Below the pieces are notes generated by a model, which was given only the letters and a program-made list of their open reading frames with translations, did no database searches and had not been told where the DNA came from. A stretch of 64,000 nucleotides of DNA from a virus, in IMG/VR virus record IMGVR_UViG_3300044609_000988, positions 1 through 64,000 of that record, one strand, 5' to 3'. Shown here piece after piece: positions 44,648 through 55,023 of this stretch (position 1 is the first letter of the stretch; every line of letters begins with the position of its first letter). A program made the translations under genes and the position numbers.

Positions 44648-47600
44648 ATGAGTTTTCAATTCAATTCTGATAAAGAAATAATTCAGGCAGTTAATCCAAA
44701 ACTCGTTGGTAGTAACGAACTTACTATTAGATCTGGAGAAGGCGCTTCTGAAAAAGAAATTTTTAGAGCACAATTAGATTCTCAAACTGGTTTACCAAGA
44801 GTTGGTATTAACAGAACTGGCAGACGAGTAGAAAGTATTAGGATTAATGAAGGTCAGGGAGGTACTGGTTACACACTAACTCCAAACGTAACTCTAACTG
44901 CACCAGATTTACCAAATGGTATTCAGGCTCTAGCTTCTGCTGTTGTTTTCAATGGCTCTGTTGTTGCTATTATTGTTGATAATTCTGGCGATGGATATTC
45001 GTTAGCTCCTGAAGTAACTATTACTGGAGGAAATGGTTCTGGCGCTGCTGCTACTGCTGTTTTGGACACAGTAGATTTTGAACTCGATATCAACGGTGCT
45101 ATCCGAACATCAACCTCAATTATTTCTGATACTGCTCGCATCTTAAACCTTGATATTGATAATTTTGTTACTCCCGATGCTAGTTTTAGAGCACCAAATT
45201 TAAAAACTTGGGCTAACGGCACTGGTACTCAATTTGTACCAAACGTAGTATTACAAAAAGATTCTTATAGATATGCTGCGGATAATATCTATCAGGCATT
45301 AAACACAGGAACAACAGGCTCTTCATTACCCATCCACAAAGATGGTATCGCTCTAAGTGGAGATGTTCAATTAAAGCATGTTGGTTATAGAGTAAATGAT
45401 GTAAATGCTCCGCACTATTTACAAACTGGAGAATCTGGTTTATTTCCAAGATCAATTACTCCTCTTCTTGGTGATAAATCAGATAAAATTGCTACCACAG
45501 AATATGTTCTGAACCTAGCTACTAATGACGTAGGTGGTCGTGTTTATGTTTCTGCCCAAATTGGTAATGATCAAAATGATGGTCGTTCTGCTGTTGCTCC
45601 AGTAAGAACTATTAAACGTGCTTGCCAAATTGCTTCGGCAACAGTAGGTGTTAAAGAAACTGTTATTATTTCGGGTGGCGACTATGTAGAAGATAACCCA
45701 ATTTCAATTCCAGCAGATTGTTCAATTGTTGGTGACAACTTACGTCTAGTAATTGTCAGACCAGCAAATCCCCGTAAACACATGTTTAAATTTGGGGATA
45801 AAAACTATCTAACAGGTCTTGTTTTCAGAGATCAAATTGATAGTAATGGGGATCCTGTGGCAACATGGGATTACGCCATGGTCTTTGATGACAAGCAAAG
45901 AATTTATTATGATTCTACTACTGGAGGAGATTTCGGAAGAAGCTTTCCGATTGGTCATCAAATTTTTGGACCACCTAGAATTAGAGTATCATTCCAAAAC
46001 CACACTGGCGGAACAGAATTAATTGCTGGGTTGAGCGTAAGTGGTATTAACACTGGCGCTTCGGGTTTAATTGCTGGCGTCACTTTTGAATCTACAACTG
46101 GCCCCGATGCTTATGTAAATGGTACAATTGATGTTGATATTACCAGTGGTTCGTTCAACAACGGAGAAACATTTGAATATACAGTAGGTATTGCTCCAGC
46201 ACAGCAAACATATGATTTCATTTCTACTGATATTACATCAATTAGAGCTGAAGGAGAAGTTGTATCTAATAACAAAGATTTAGCAATATCTTTACCAATT
46301 GTACGTATTGATTTTTCTCAACAAGGGACCGCAGAAACTTCCGAAGGGGGTTTCCAGTATGATCCAGCAGAGGATAATTCGGGTGGTATTGTTTTCTACA
46401 CCAACGCTCTAGTTGGTAGACAAAATACTCATGACTTTAAGGAAGGACAGCAAATTGAAATTCAAGGTCTCCCTATATCAGGACCAGATCTTTCTTATTT
46501 AAATGGCAAGCAAAGAATTTATAAAATTCTTCGTGATGCTGATGGAAGATCTAGAAGATTTGTTATTCAAAATAAACAAGATGAAAGTTTAACAGATTCT
46601 AATTTTATTCCAAATAATGCTTCTGTAAAATCATATGATTATTCTGTAACAGTATCTCTATTAAACTCACCAAACAAATTTGGGGTTGCTGAGTCAGTTT
46701 CCAGAAGATTTCAGGATGCTTGTATCTTAATTCGTAATAATATTCCTTTTATTGTTGATGAAGCTTATCTACAAATTAAAGATGAATTTGAGTATCTTGC
46801 TGTCCCAAATGAACAAAAATGTCGTAGAGATATTGGTCATTTTCTAAATGCTCTCATTCGTGACTTAGAATATGGAAGCAATTACCACACAATTGAAGCA
46901 GCTCAAACATATATTCAAAATGCTCAAATTGGATATTTGGGTAATGAAATTACCGAATCAGTAAGAGCATACGAGATCGCTAAAGATCTTGCTATCTTAG
47001 CGATGAGAAGATGGAGAACTGGCAATGGTCAACTTGCCAATTCATTATACACTCCACTATATTCATCGATTACTAGATATTTTGACCCAACTGTTATTCA
47101 AGACACTCTGGGAGCGGCCTGTGAGGACGTAGCAAGCGCCATCAATACCCTTGGGTATCTTTTTGTTGCAGTAATCACAAACAACGCTGTAGACCGTTAT
47201 CTAGACGCCTCAGAGCTGATTGCTCGTAATACTGATTTGATTGCCGAAGAAGCGGTAGGTTTTGTGCGAGCACAATATCCTGATCTTAATTTAAACCAAG
47301 ATAACTCAGAATCAAACAGATTTGTAGATGCAGCAAATTTAATTTTTGCTAACAAAGATGAAATTCAAGATAAAGCATTAGCACAAATTTCTGTAGAGTA
47401 TAGCGAAGCATCTTGGGGTACTGATTGGGTTATTCCTGGTGATACAATTAACCAAGACAATAAGAGAAACTTAGATTCTTATAGATTAATTCAAAAAAAT
47501 AGAACAGAAATTGTTAATAGTTCTTGGACACAATTAATTGCTCAATATCCAGGAGTAAGTACAACAGAAACTAAGTGCAAGAGAGACATTGGCTACTTTG

Positions 47601-50600
47601 TAGATGCTGTTTCGTTAGACGTATTTTTAGGTGGCAATAAGTATTCCAGAAAGTTTACTTTACAATATTTTAATAACGGAGCACCAATTTCAAATGGACT
47701 AGTTGGTGAGGAAACACAATCAGTATTTGCTTTTAATCAAGCCAGAGACTTGATGAAGTCGGCTATCACTAATCAGCTGACCTATAAAGATTTAACTATC
47801 ACAGCAGATTCTGCCACTGGTTCAAATACCTCCACATCATCTTGTTCTGACGTACAAACAAATATTACTAACCTTGTTTCCATAGTTACTGCAGTAATTT
47901 CTGCTGGAAATACAACTTCTCTGCCAGCAGAAAATGCTGGAACCATTTACAGCGGTTCATCGAAGTGCAGAAGAGATATTGGTTATTTTGCAACTGCTAT
48001 TGCAAACGATTTGGTCAGTGGAGGCAATTCAAATATTATCGAAGTTGCGAAATCATATTTCAATAACGGAACTCCAATTAGTAACGGTCTAGTGGGAGAA
48101 GAAGCTCAATCAGTTATTGCTTTCAACAAAGCAAAAGATCTAATGAAGTTGGCTATCACTAACCAACTTTACGCAAAAGATTTGACACTAACAGCTGATC
48201 CTCTTACCAATAACAACCAAGATCCAAATTCTTGTGCTAATGTCAAAACTGCTATTGATACCCTTGCCGCTATTGCTGTTACTTCTATTACCAATGGCAA
48301 TTTAACTTCTTTACCAACAGTAAACACTGGAAATACTGATATATGTAAGAGAGATATCAAGTATATTCTTTCTGCGGTAAGAAGAGATTTAACTCTTGGT
48401 GGAAATGCTGGTATGCTTACCGCTGCCGAAGCATACTTTACTGGAGCACAATTAACTGGAATACCAGAAGAAGAACTATCACCAACTCGTTATGCTTTTG
48501 AAAAAGTAAGAGATTTAGCCATTCTGGCAATGAGAAATTGGAAGACTGGTAACGGTACTGGAACTGTTTATATTCCAACATACACAATTAAGCAGCAATA
48601 TATTGATTCAACTATTGCTATTGATCCAGGAACTCCTATTTGTGCGAATGTTGCTTCATCTATTACAACATCATTTGCTTTACTGGATGATGTTCTTTCT
48701 GGGGAAATTCTTCCTGGTGCTACAGAAAAAACATACGGCACTTTATATGATACAACAAATATAGTATCTTTCCCAGACAATACTTTATACGATGCTAATA
48801 ATAAGGTAATTACTCCAAGAGCAACTTGGGATGATCTTCCTTATATTGAAGCTTCTCCATACACGCAAAACGCCTCAGTTATTTCATTCTTAGGCGGTGG
48901 TGGTGCTCTCATTGATGGTAGTAAAGTATCCCAGCCAAACTGCCCATTCCCAGGATTAGAATTAGACGGTTCGGCATCATTCCCAAATCAGGGTAAATCA
49001 ATGGTGGCGGCAGCGTTCACTATTGTGTCCTTCAATGGTGTTGGATATAAAATTATCAATGATGGATATGTACAGTTGGTTTCTGTATTCGTTCTATTTG
49101 CTGCTGATGGTGTACTTGCTGAGTCTGGTGGTTACGCTTCTATTACCAACTCAGCCACTAACTTCGGCATCTATGCTTTAAGAGCAAGAGGATACAATAA
49201 TTTTGCGTATAGTTTTGACGTTGGTACAATCACCAATGTATCCACAACCCCAACTGGAAGAACAATCTTTACAGTGGATGGTTTAGGTAGAGAACCACTA
49301 GAACATTATATTGTAAAAATTGATGGTTACAGCAACTTAAATCCAGAAATTGAATACTTTATCGATACTGTTTCTGGAGTTACAGTTGGTCCCCCATTCT
49401 CTGCTCAAATTACTTTAGAAAGTGGTTCTGGAGATCCAGCAGAATTTATTCGTGATTCCGACAATGTAGCTGTTAGCACAGGAATTGGGGAATTTTCTGG
49501 AAAAACTATAAGATTACACAGACCATCTATCGTTAACTCTTCATCGCACACATGGGAATTTGCTGGTTCTGGCACTAACTACAATGCTCTACCAGAAAAC
49601 GGTGGTGTTAAGATTGATGCTAACGAGCAAGTATCTCAGGATTATGGACGTGTTTACTGCTCGGGCACAGATGAACTTGGTGACTTTAAAGTAGGTACTT
49701 TTGCTAAGATCGAAAACAGAACTGGTAACATTACCTTTACAGGTACAGTTACAATTTCGGAAGTTGAATTCCTTAAATTGAAAGGTGGCGACGTTGTTGT
49801 TACTGGTTTTGATAACTCAAATACACTTGGCGGAGCTAATACAACCGACTCCAAACTACCAACTCAAAAGGCAGTTAGAGATTATATTACTAACAACCTC
49901 GGTCCTTATATTAATAAACCATATTCCACAAATGCTGTTCCTAGAGCACTTGTAGAATTAACAGATTCTGGTAAAATTTCTATTGATCAGATTCCTCCAC
50001 TACGTCCATTTAACGTATATACAATAGAGGATCAAGCAGAAAGACTTTCGATCGAAGGTGCTCTTGCTGGTGATATTGCTATTCAACAAGACACTGGCAC
50101 TTCATATATTTTAAATAATGATAATGATAGCCTATTTGTTTCCTTTGCTGTAGATACTGACTTAGTATTTACAATTGGAAATATTTTTACAGGTGATATT
50201 TCTGGCGGCCAAATTCAAGCTACAGAGTATCGCACTGGAGTAGTTTATCAAATTAGTCTTTCTAATGCTGGTTCTGGATATACAATTGCTCCAACAGTAA
50301 CTATTTCTGGAGGCAATCCTGGTGCTGGGGCTGTTCAAGCAAGTGCTATTGCTACAATTGCCAATGGTCAAGTTGTGACCGTACAAATTATAGAGTTCAA
50401 TGGGTTTGTTGGGGGCAAGGGATACACAACACCACCAACAATTACATTCTCTTCTCCTGGTGGTGCTGGAATTACTGCGACAGGTTCTTGCTTAATTGAA
50501 AGTAGATTATATGGCGATATCGTCAATAATGTTAAAATAACAGATACCGATACAATTCAGTCTAGCAATTCTCCCACAGATACAGTAAACATAAACAGAT

Positions 50601-53600
50601 CTGTAAATACCTCTGCTAATAATATTAATAATTGGGTATCACTTTCAACTACACAAATTTCTGCTACTGATATTACTTCTGGCGTTATTTCTACATCAAG
50701 ACTTGCTAATAACTCAGATGCTGCTAACTCATTTACTTTCTTAAGAGGAGATCAAAGCTATGCTCCTGTTCTTCAGTCGATTAAAGGAGCAGAAGTAAGA
50801 TACTTTGCTAAGCTAATTCAGCAAGCAAATACTGGATCTTCTCAGTTAGTATTCAGCACAAATTCCAATACATTACTTGGTCACTCAGTTATTGATAATG
50901 TATCTGGTATTGCTCCAAATACCAATATAACTGGCGTATTGAGTGCTGCTGGTATTACTACTGTATCGATCAATAATCCATTATCTCAAAATATTCCTTC
51001 AGGAACAATTATAGAATTTTTGAGAGGCGCTTCTCCACTTACTTTTGAATCATCTTTAACACAAGGTAATTTTGTTGATAACATTGTTGTTTCTAATGGA
51101 GGTTCTGGTTATACCAGTGGTCAATATTTTGATGTTCCATTAACAGGCGGTTCTGGAACAGGACTACGTTGTAATATTATTGTTTCTGGAGGTTCTGTTA
51201 CAGAAGTAACAACCACTAATAGTGGTCAAAATTACACAGGCGACTTTAATATCACTTCTTCTCCTGCTGCTATTGGTCCAGGATCTGGATTAGTTTTAGC
51301 AGCTAAAATTAGCACTGTTAATCGTCAATATGCCAATACTTCAATAGACATTCAAAGAGTTAGTGATCTAACAATTTCGGCAGACCCATTCGGTACGGTT
51401 GGTGTTTCTAGATTCCTTAAGTCACAATTTATTATTGGTCAAGCTGGAAACGGTTCCATTCAATTAAAAACTGGTCCTGATAGTGGTCTTGATGCTGACT
51501 TACTTGATGGTGCTCAGGGTGCTTTCTATCTAAATGCCAGTAACCTAAACTCTGGTACTGTATCAACAGATCGTCTATCTGGAACATACAACATAAGTAT
51601 TTCTGGACAATCTGGTAATACATTACGTCTAATTTCATCAACTTCAAACCCAACTTCAAACCCATCACCTAGCAATTTCGCTACTGGTGTTATCACTGAT
51701 ACAAAAAATAATAGCTCCGATGGTTTGAATGATGGTGGCTCAAGACACCTAGTAATGTCCATCAGAAATGGTGGTGCTGGATTTGACGCTACCTTCGGTG
51801 GTGTTAGACAACTAGCATTTACTGATAATGATAATATGTGGCTTCGTGGTTCTGGCACGGGGGTAAGTGAATTTGGCTCATGGGGTAAAGTTTGGACTTC
51901 ACTTAATGACGGTCCAGGAACTGATATGGATGCCGATAAACTTGATAACCGTCAAGGTACATGGTATCAAAATGCTTTAAATATTAACTTCGGAACTCTC
52001 AGTGATAATAGATTACCAACATATCAAACCACAAAGAGTTTCAACAGTTCCATTAAACTTTTAACAACTACAAATAATCCAAGATATAAAATTTATGTCA
52101 GCGGTTTATTATTAACAACTGCCCCATTCCTTGCTGGTTTAGAAGTTAATCTGTATAATGCCAATGCTCAAGGAACAGGAACAATTTTAATTACAAATAT
52201 TGAGACATTTGATGATGCTAATGATAACAATAATGATTACACTATCATTACTGGTTCTTTACAAACAGGCACATTTATCGGAGCCCTAACAATTGGTACA
52301 GCAAGTAACAGAATTACATTCCAAGATTTCAGTCTTGATGCAACTGGCACTTTCCAAACCGCTTCGCTTGATAGTGATGGTGGCATTGCTAGATTAAAAC
52401 TGGGTAGAAAAGATGGCACTGCTTCAGCTCCAGCTATTTACTTCAATTCTAGCCAATTAGCAGCTACAAATTATAATGCTGCTATTGTATCTTCTGGAGG
52501 AAATGCTACTGATGGTAGTGGTACATTAAATGTACTTGTAGCTAGTGCTAATGGATTAACAGTTAATAACAACACTGTTTGGAACGCTGGAAATGTAACG
52601 TTCAATAGCACTAATGTTTTAAGCACTGCAGTTATTCGTGATGCGTCTGGCAACTTTGCTGCTGGTACTATTACCGCTGCTTTAACTGGCGCTGCTTCGG
52701 CAAACGTCTTAAAGGCTGGCGATACCATGACTGGTTCGCTAACAATTAGCGGAGCAAGTAGTAATTTAAGTGTCGGCGGAACTCTTGGGGTTACAGGTAA
52801 TACTACTTTATCTGGTAGCTTGACGGTTGACACAAATACTTTATTTGTTGACTCTACGAATAATAGGGTTGGTATTGGAACAAATTCTCCTGTTGGTCCA
52901 TTATCACTTGATGTTAATGGAAAAGGAAGATTTATTGGCAATGCAGAAAATGGCAATGGTGGATATGCTTTATCTGTATGGGCTACAGGAGCATCTCAAA
53001 ATACAGGTATTTCGTTCTACCCAACATTTGATAATTTCCCTTCTGATACTGGCCCAAGAAGAGCAGTTGATTTAATTGCTGGATTTGATGGTGGAACATG
53101 GGAAACACAATATTTTGCCATTCACGTTGGTGGTTCTGGTGGAAATGATGTTCAAAATATCACAACAGAAAGATTAAGAATTATAAACACAGGTGAAGTT
53201 GGTATTGGAAGAACACCAGCAACTGGTTATTCATTAGATATTAATGGAAAGGCAAGAGTATCTACTGGATTTGAAATTGATAATAGTCTCGATAATTCAG
53301 GTGCTCCATTATTCTTCTTTGGTTCTTCGTCAGCAAGAAACTTTAGAATTGGTAACCAGTTACTTGTTAATGATGTATTTGAAATCACGCCATCAACTAC
53401 AGGTGGTGGTGCTACATTCACAACGCCAGCATTTTCTATTCGTGGTGCTGATGGTAATGTTGCTATTGGTTCAACTACATTTGCTAATCCAGGAAATACT
53501 ATTCAATATAAATTAAATGTTGCTGGTAATATTAACTTCACTGGAACTCTTTATCAAAATAATGAAGCTTTTGTAACTTCTAGATGGACTGCTTCATCGA

Positions 53601-53881
53601 ATGGAACTGATATTCATAGATTATCTAAGGTCGGAATTAATAAAGCAGATCCAGCATATACGTTAGATGTTGGCGGAGATGTTAATTTAACTGGCAAAAT
53701 ATATGTTTCTGGTAATGCTCAGTGGATAGATACTAAAGGTATTATTAGAACTTCGTCAAATTTAATTAGCGAAGATATAACTATTCCTACTAATACTAAT
53801 GCTGTAAGCACTGGACCACTAGTAATAAATACAAATAACATCATCACGATTTCTGAAGGTGCTGTTTGGACAATCGTGTAA
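44648..53881 (+). CDS. giant tail fibre/tailspike-like protein with beta-helix, phycobiliprotein-like inserts and fibre repeats
   Basis: YVS...GND..DG.S...P.RTI..A beta-helix cap, DAD.LDG and RVGIGT..P...LDV.G fibre motifs, four CxRDI modules. Confidence 0.8.
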   Translation: MSFQFNSDKEIIQAVNPKLVGSNELTIRSGEGASEKEIFRAQLDSQTGLPRVGINRTGRRVESIRINEGQGGTGYTLTPNVTLTAPDLPNGIQALASAVVFNGSVVAIIVDNSGDGYSLAPEVTITGGNGSGAAATAVLDTVDFELDINGAIRTSTSIISDTARILNLDIDNFVTPDASFRAPNLKTWANGTGTQFVPNVVLQKDSYRYAADNIYQALNTGTTGSSLPIHKDGIALSGDVQLKHVGYRVNDVNAPHYLQTGESGLFPRSITPLLGDKSDKIATTEYVLNLATNDVGGRVYVSAQIGNDQNDGRSAVAPVRTIKRACQIASATVGVKETVIISGGDYVEDNPISIPADCSIVGDNLRLVIVRPANPRKHMFKFGDKNYLTGLVFRDQIDSNGDPVATWDYAMVFDDKQRIYYDSTTGGDFGRSFPIGHQIFGPPRIRVSFQNHTGGTELIAGLSVSGINTGASGLIAGVTFESTTGPDAYVNGTIDVDITSGSFNNGETFEYTVGIAPAQQTYDFISTDITSIRAEGEVVSNNKDLAISLPIVRIDFSQQGTAETSEGGFQYDPAEDNSGGIVFYTNALVGRQNTHDFKEGQQIEIQGLPISGPDLSYLNGKQRIYKILRDADGRSRRFVIQNKQDESLTDSNFIPNNASVKSYDYSVTVSLLNSPNKFGVAESVSRRFQDACILIRNNIPFIVDEAYLQIKDEFEYLAVPNEQKCRRDIGHFLNALIRDLEYGSNYHTIEAAQTYIQNAQIGYLGNEITESVRAYEIAKDLAILAMRRWRTGNGQLANSLYTPLYSSITRYFDPTVIQDTLGAACEDVASAINTLGYLFVAVITNNAVDRYLDASELIARNTDLIAEEAVGFVRAQYPDLNLNQDNSESNRFVDAANLIFANKDEIQDKALAQISVEYSEASWGTDWVIPGDTINQDNKRNLDSYRLIQKNRTEIVNSSWTQLIAQYPGVSTTETKCKRDIGYFVDAVSLDVFLGGNKYSRKFTLQYFNNGAPISNGLVGEETQSVFAFNQARDLMKSAITNQLTYKDLTITADSATGSNTSTSSCSDVQTNITNLVSIVTAVISAGNTTSLPAENAGTIYSGSSKCRRDIGYFATAIANDLVSGGNSNIIEVAKSYFNNGTPISNGLVGEEAQSVIAFNKAKDLMKLAITNQLYAKDLTLTADPLTNNNQDPNSCANVKTAIDTLAAIAVTSITNGNLTSLPTVNTGNTDICKRDIKYILSAVRRDLTLGGNAGMLTAAEAYFTGAQLTGIPEEELSPTRYAFEKVRDLAILAMRNWKTGNGTGTVYIPTYTIKQQYIDSTIAIDPGTPICANVASSITTSFALLDDVLSGEILPGATEKTYGTLYDTTNIVSFPDNTLYDANNKVITPRATWDDLPYIEASPYTQNASVISFLGGGGALIDGSKVSQPNCPFPGLELDGSASFPNQGKSMVAAAFTIVSFNGVGYKIINDGYVQLVSVFVLFAADGVLAESGGYASITNSATNFGIYALRARGYNNFAYSFDVGTITNVSTTPTGRTIFTVDGLGREPLEHYIVKIDGYSNLNPEIEYFIDTVSGVTVGPPFSAQITLESGSGDPAEFIRDSDNVAVSTGIGEFSGKTIRLHRPSIVNSSSHTWEFAGSGTNYNALPENGGVKIDANEQVSQDYGRVYCSGTDELGDFKVGTFAKIENRTGNITFTGTVTISEVEFLKLKGGDVVVTGFDNSNTLGGANTTDSKLPTQKAVRDYITNNLGPYINKPYSTNAVPRALVELTDSGKISIDQIPPLRPFNVYTIEDQAERLSIEGALAGDIAIQQDTGTSYILNNDNDSLFVSFAVDTDLVFTIGNIFTGDISGGQIQATEYRTGVVYQISLSNAGSGYTIAPTVTISGGNPGAGAVQASAIATIANGQVVTVQIIEFNGFVGGKGYTTPPTITFSSPGGAGITATGSCLIESRLYGDIVNNVKITDTDTIQSSNSPTDTVNINRSVNTSANNINNWVSLSTTQISATDITSGVISTSRLANNSDAANSFTFLRGDQSYAPVLQSIKGAEVRYFAKLIQQANTGSSQLVFSTNSNTLLGHSVIDNVSGIAPNTNITGVLSAAGITTVSINNPLSQNIPSGTIIEFLRGASPLTFESSLTQGNFVDNIVVSNGGSGYTSGQYFDVPLTGGSGTGLRCNIIVSGGSVTEVTTTNSGQNYTGDFNITSSPAAIGPGSGLVLAAKISTVNRQYANTSIDIQRVSDLTISADPFGTVGVSRFLKSQFIIGQAGNGSIQLKTGPDSGLDADLLDGAQGAFYLNASNLNSGTVSTDRLSGTYNISISGQSGNTLRLISSTSNPTSNPSPSNFATGVITDTKNNSSDGLNDGGSRHLVMSIRNGGAGFDATFGGVRQLAFTDNDNMWLRGSGTGVSEFGSWGKVWTSLNDGPGTDMDADKLDNRQGTWYQNALNINFGTLSDNRLPTYQTTKSFNSSIKLLTTTNNPRYKIYVSGLLLTTAPFLAGLEVNLYNANAQGTGTILITNIETFDDANDNNNDYTIITGSLQTGTFIGALTIGTASNRITFQDFSLDATGTFQTASLDSDGGIARLKLGRKDGTASAPAIYFNSSQLAATNYNAAIVSSGGNATDGSGTLNVLVASANGLTVNNNTVWNAGNVTFNSTNVLSTAVIRDASGNFAAGTITAALTGAASANVLKAGDTMTGSLTISGASSNLSVGGTLGVTGNTTLSGSLTVDTNTLFVDSTNNRVGIGTNSPVGPLSLDVNGKGRFIGNAENGNGGYALSVWATGASQNTGISFYPTFDNFPSDTGPRRAVDLIAGFDGGTWETQYFAIHVGGSGGNDVQNITTERLRIINTGEVGIGRTPATGYSLDINGKARVSTGFEIDNSLDNSGAPLFFFGSSSARNFRIGNQLLVNDVFEITPSTTGGGATFTTPAFSIRGADGNVAIGSTTFANPGNTIQYKLNVAGNINFTGTLYQNNEAFVTSRWTASSNGTDIHRLSKVGINKADPAYTLDVGGDVNLTGKIYVSGNAQWIDTKGIIRTSSNLISEDITIPTNTNAVSTGPLVINTNNIITISEGAVWTIV

Positions 53882-53895
53882 TAAAAAATAATTAA

Positions 53896-54777
53896 ATGGA
53901 TCCAATTTCTTCAAAATTAACATCTAATAACATTAATATCTCCAGGGGATTAATTTTACCTGTTTACACCAATGACCCTGGGGATGGCAACCCAGGGGAG
54001 ATTATTTATGTTAATGGACAATTAAAATATTATAGAGAAGGAAAATGGTTATTCATAACTGATGGAAAGAAAGATGGATTGACAGAAGCCACTGCTGTTG
54101 ACAAATCAACAGATATTCTTGTAGCAAATCCATCTGCTCCCAGTGGTTGGTATTGGATAAAAACAAATAATGTAGCTAGACAATATTGGGTAGATAATAC
54201 CTATGATGGTGGTGGATGGGTTTTGGTTGGCAGTCACCCAATTAATGTTTCAATTCAAGCTTTAACATATGCTCAAGCGGCAGAATCTTATTCAGGAAAT
54301 GCTTCTTCTACATATGGAACAGGAGATCCAAAATCATATTCTGTTTGGGTTGGATTAAATGGATGGGATGCTATTGCTACAGCAAACGCTGCTGGCAGAA
54401 ATTTTGTTTATTACACCGCTAATTCTCAAGTTTCTTTGGGATCTACTGCTTCGCATGTTAGAAGAAGTAGATGGAAGTGGAGCGGATGGAATTCTTTATA
54501 TTCTTGGAATAATGCCAACACTTTAATTAATGAAGTTGGTGCTTCTACTCCAGGTTTATGGTATTATCATATGTCATATAATTTCACTACATATGACAGA
54601 GACCAAGATGCTTATAGTGCTAATTGTGCTACTCTTTATAATAATGCTCCTTGGTGGTATGGAGCTTGTTGGGATGGCAATTTTTGGGGAGGAAATGGAA
54701 GTGGATATGCTAACGCTGCTTTCTGGACAGGTTCTGGAGGAGATTATTACAACTATGGAGCAATGTACGTAAAATGA
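53896..54777 (+). CDS. fibre-tip/adhesin with fibrinogen C-terminal-like domain
   Basis: SGWYWI...DGGGWVLV...FTTYDRDQD....NCA......WWY..C...N matches the fibrinogen-related domain pattern. Confidence 0.75.
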   Translation: MDPISSKLTSNNINISRGLILPVYTNDPGDGNPGEIIYVNGQLKYYREGKWLFITDGKKDGLTEATAVDKSTDILVANPSAPSGWYWIKTNNVARQYWVDNTYDGGGWVLVGSHPINVSIQALTYAQAAESYSGNASSTYGTGDPKSYSVWVGLNGWDAIATANAAGRNFVYYTANSQVSLGSTASHVRRSRWKWSGWNSLYSWNNANTLINEVGASTPGLWYYHMSYNFTTYDRDQDAYSANCATLYNNAPWWYGACWDGNFWGGNGSGYANAAFWTGSGGDYYNYGAMYVK

Positions 54778-55019
54778 AAAAACCCTGTAATAGACTTAAA
54801 ATAGCAAAAAACAAAATTGATGTTGATTCTGAAGGAATGTTTACTTATATCTTTGAATGGTATAATAATGAAAAATTAATGATACAAGAACCATACAAAA
54901 TTCAATCAGATAATTATGGATTACCAATTGAAAATTATAATATTAATGAAATGATCGAACATAAACAATATTGTTGTTTAGAAATAGATTCAAATACTCT
55001 AAAAATAGAAGAAATTTAA
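54774..55019 (+). CDS. hypothetical protein
   Basis: 81-aa ORF overlapping the upstream stop. Confidence 0.65.
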   Translation: MKKPCNRLKIAKNKIDVDSEGMFTYIFEWYNNEKLMIQEPYKIQSDNYGLPIENYNINEMIEHKQYCCLEIDSNTLKIEEI

Positions 55020-55023
55020 TCCA

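Noticed and set aside
19503-53881. Inteins or introns in the giant genes
   Set aside because: Frames are continuous and I saw no intein splice-junction or LAGLIDADG motifs by eye.
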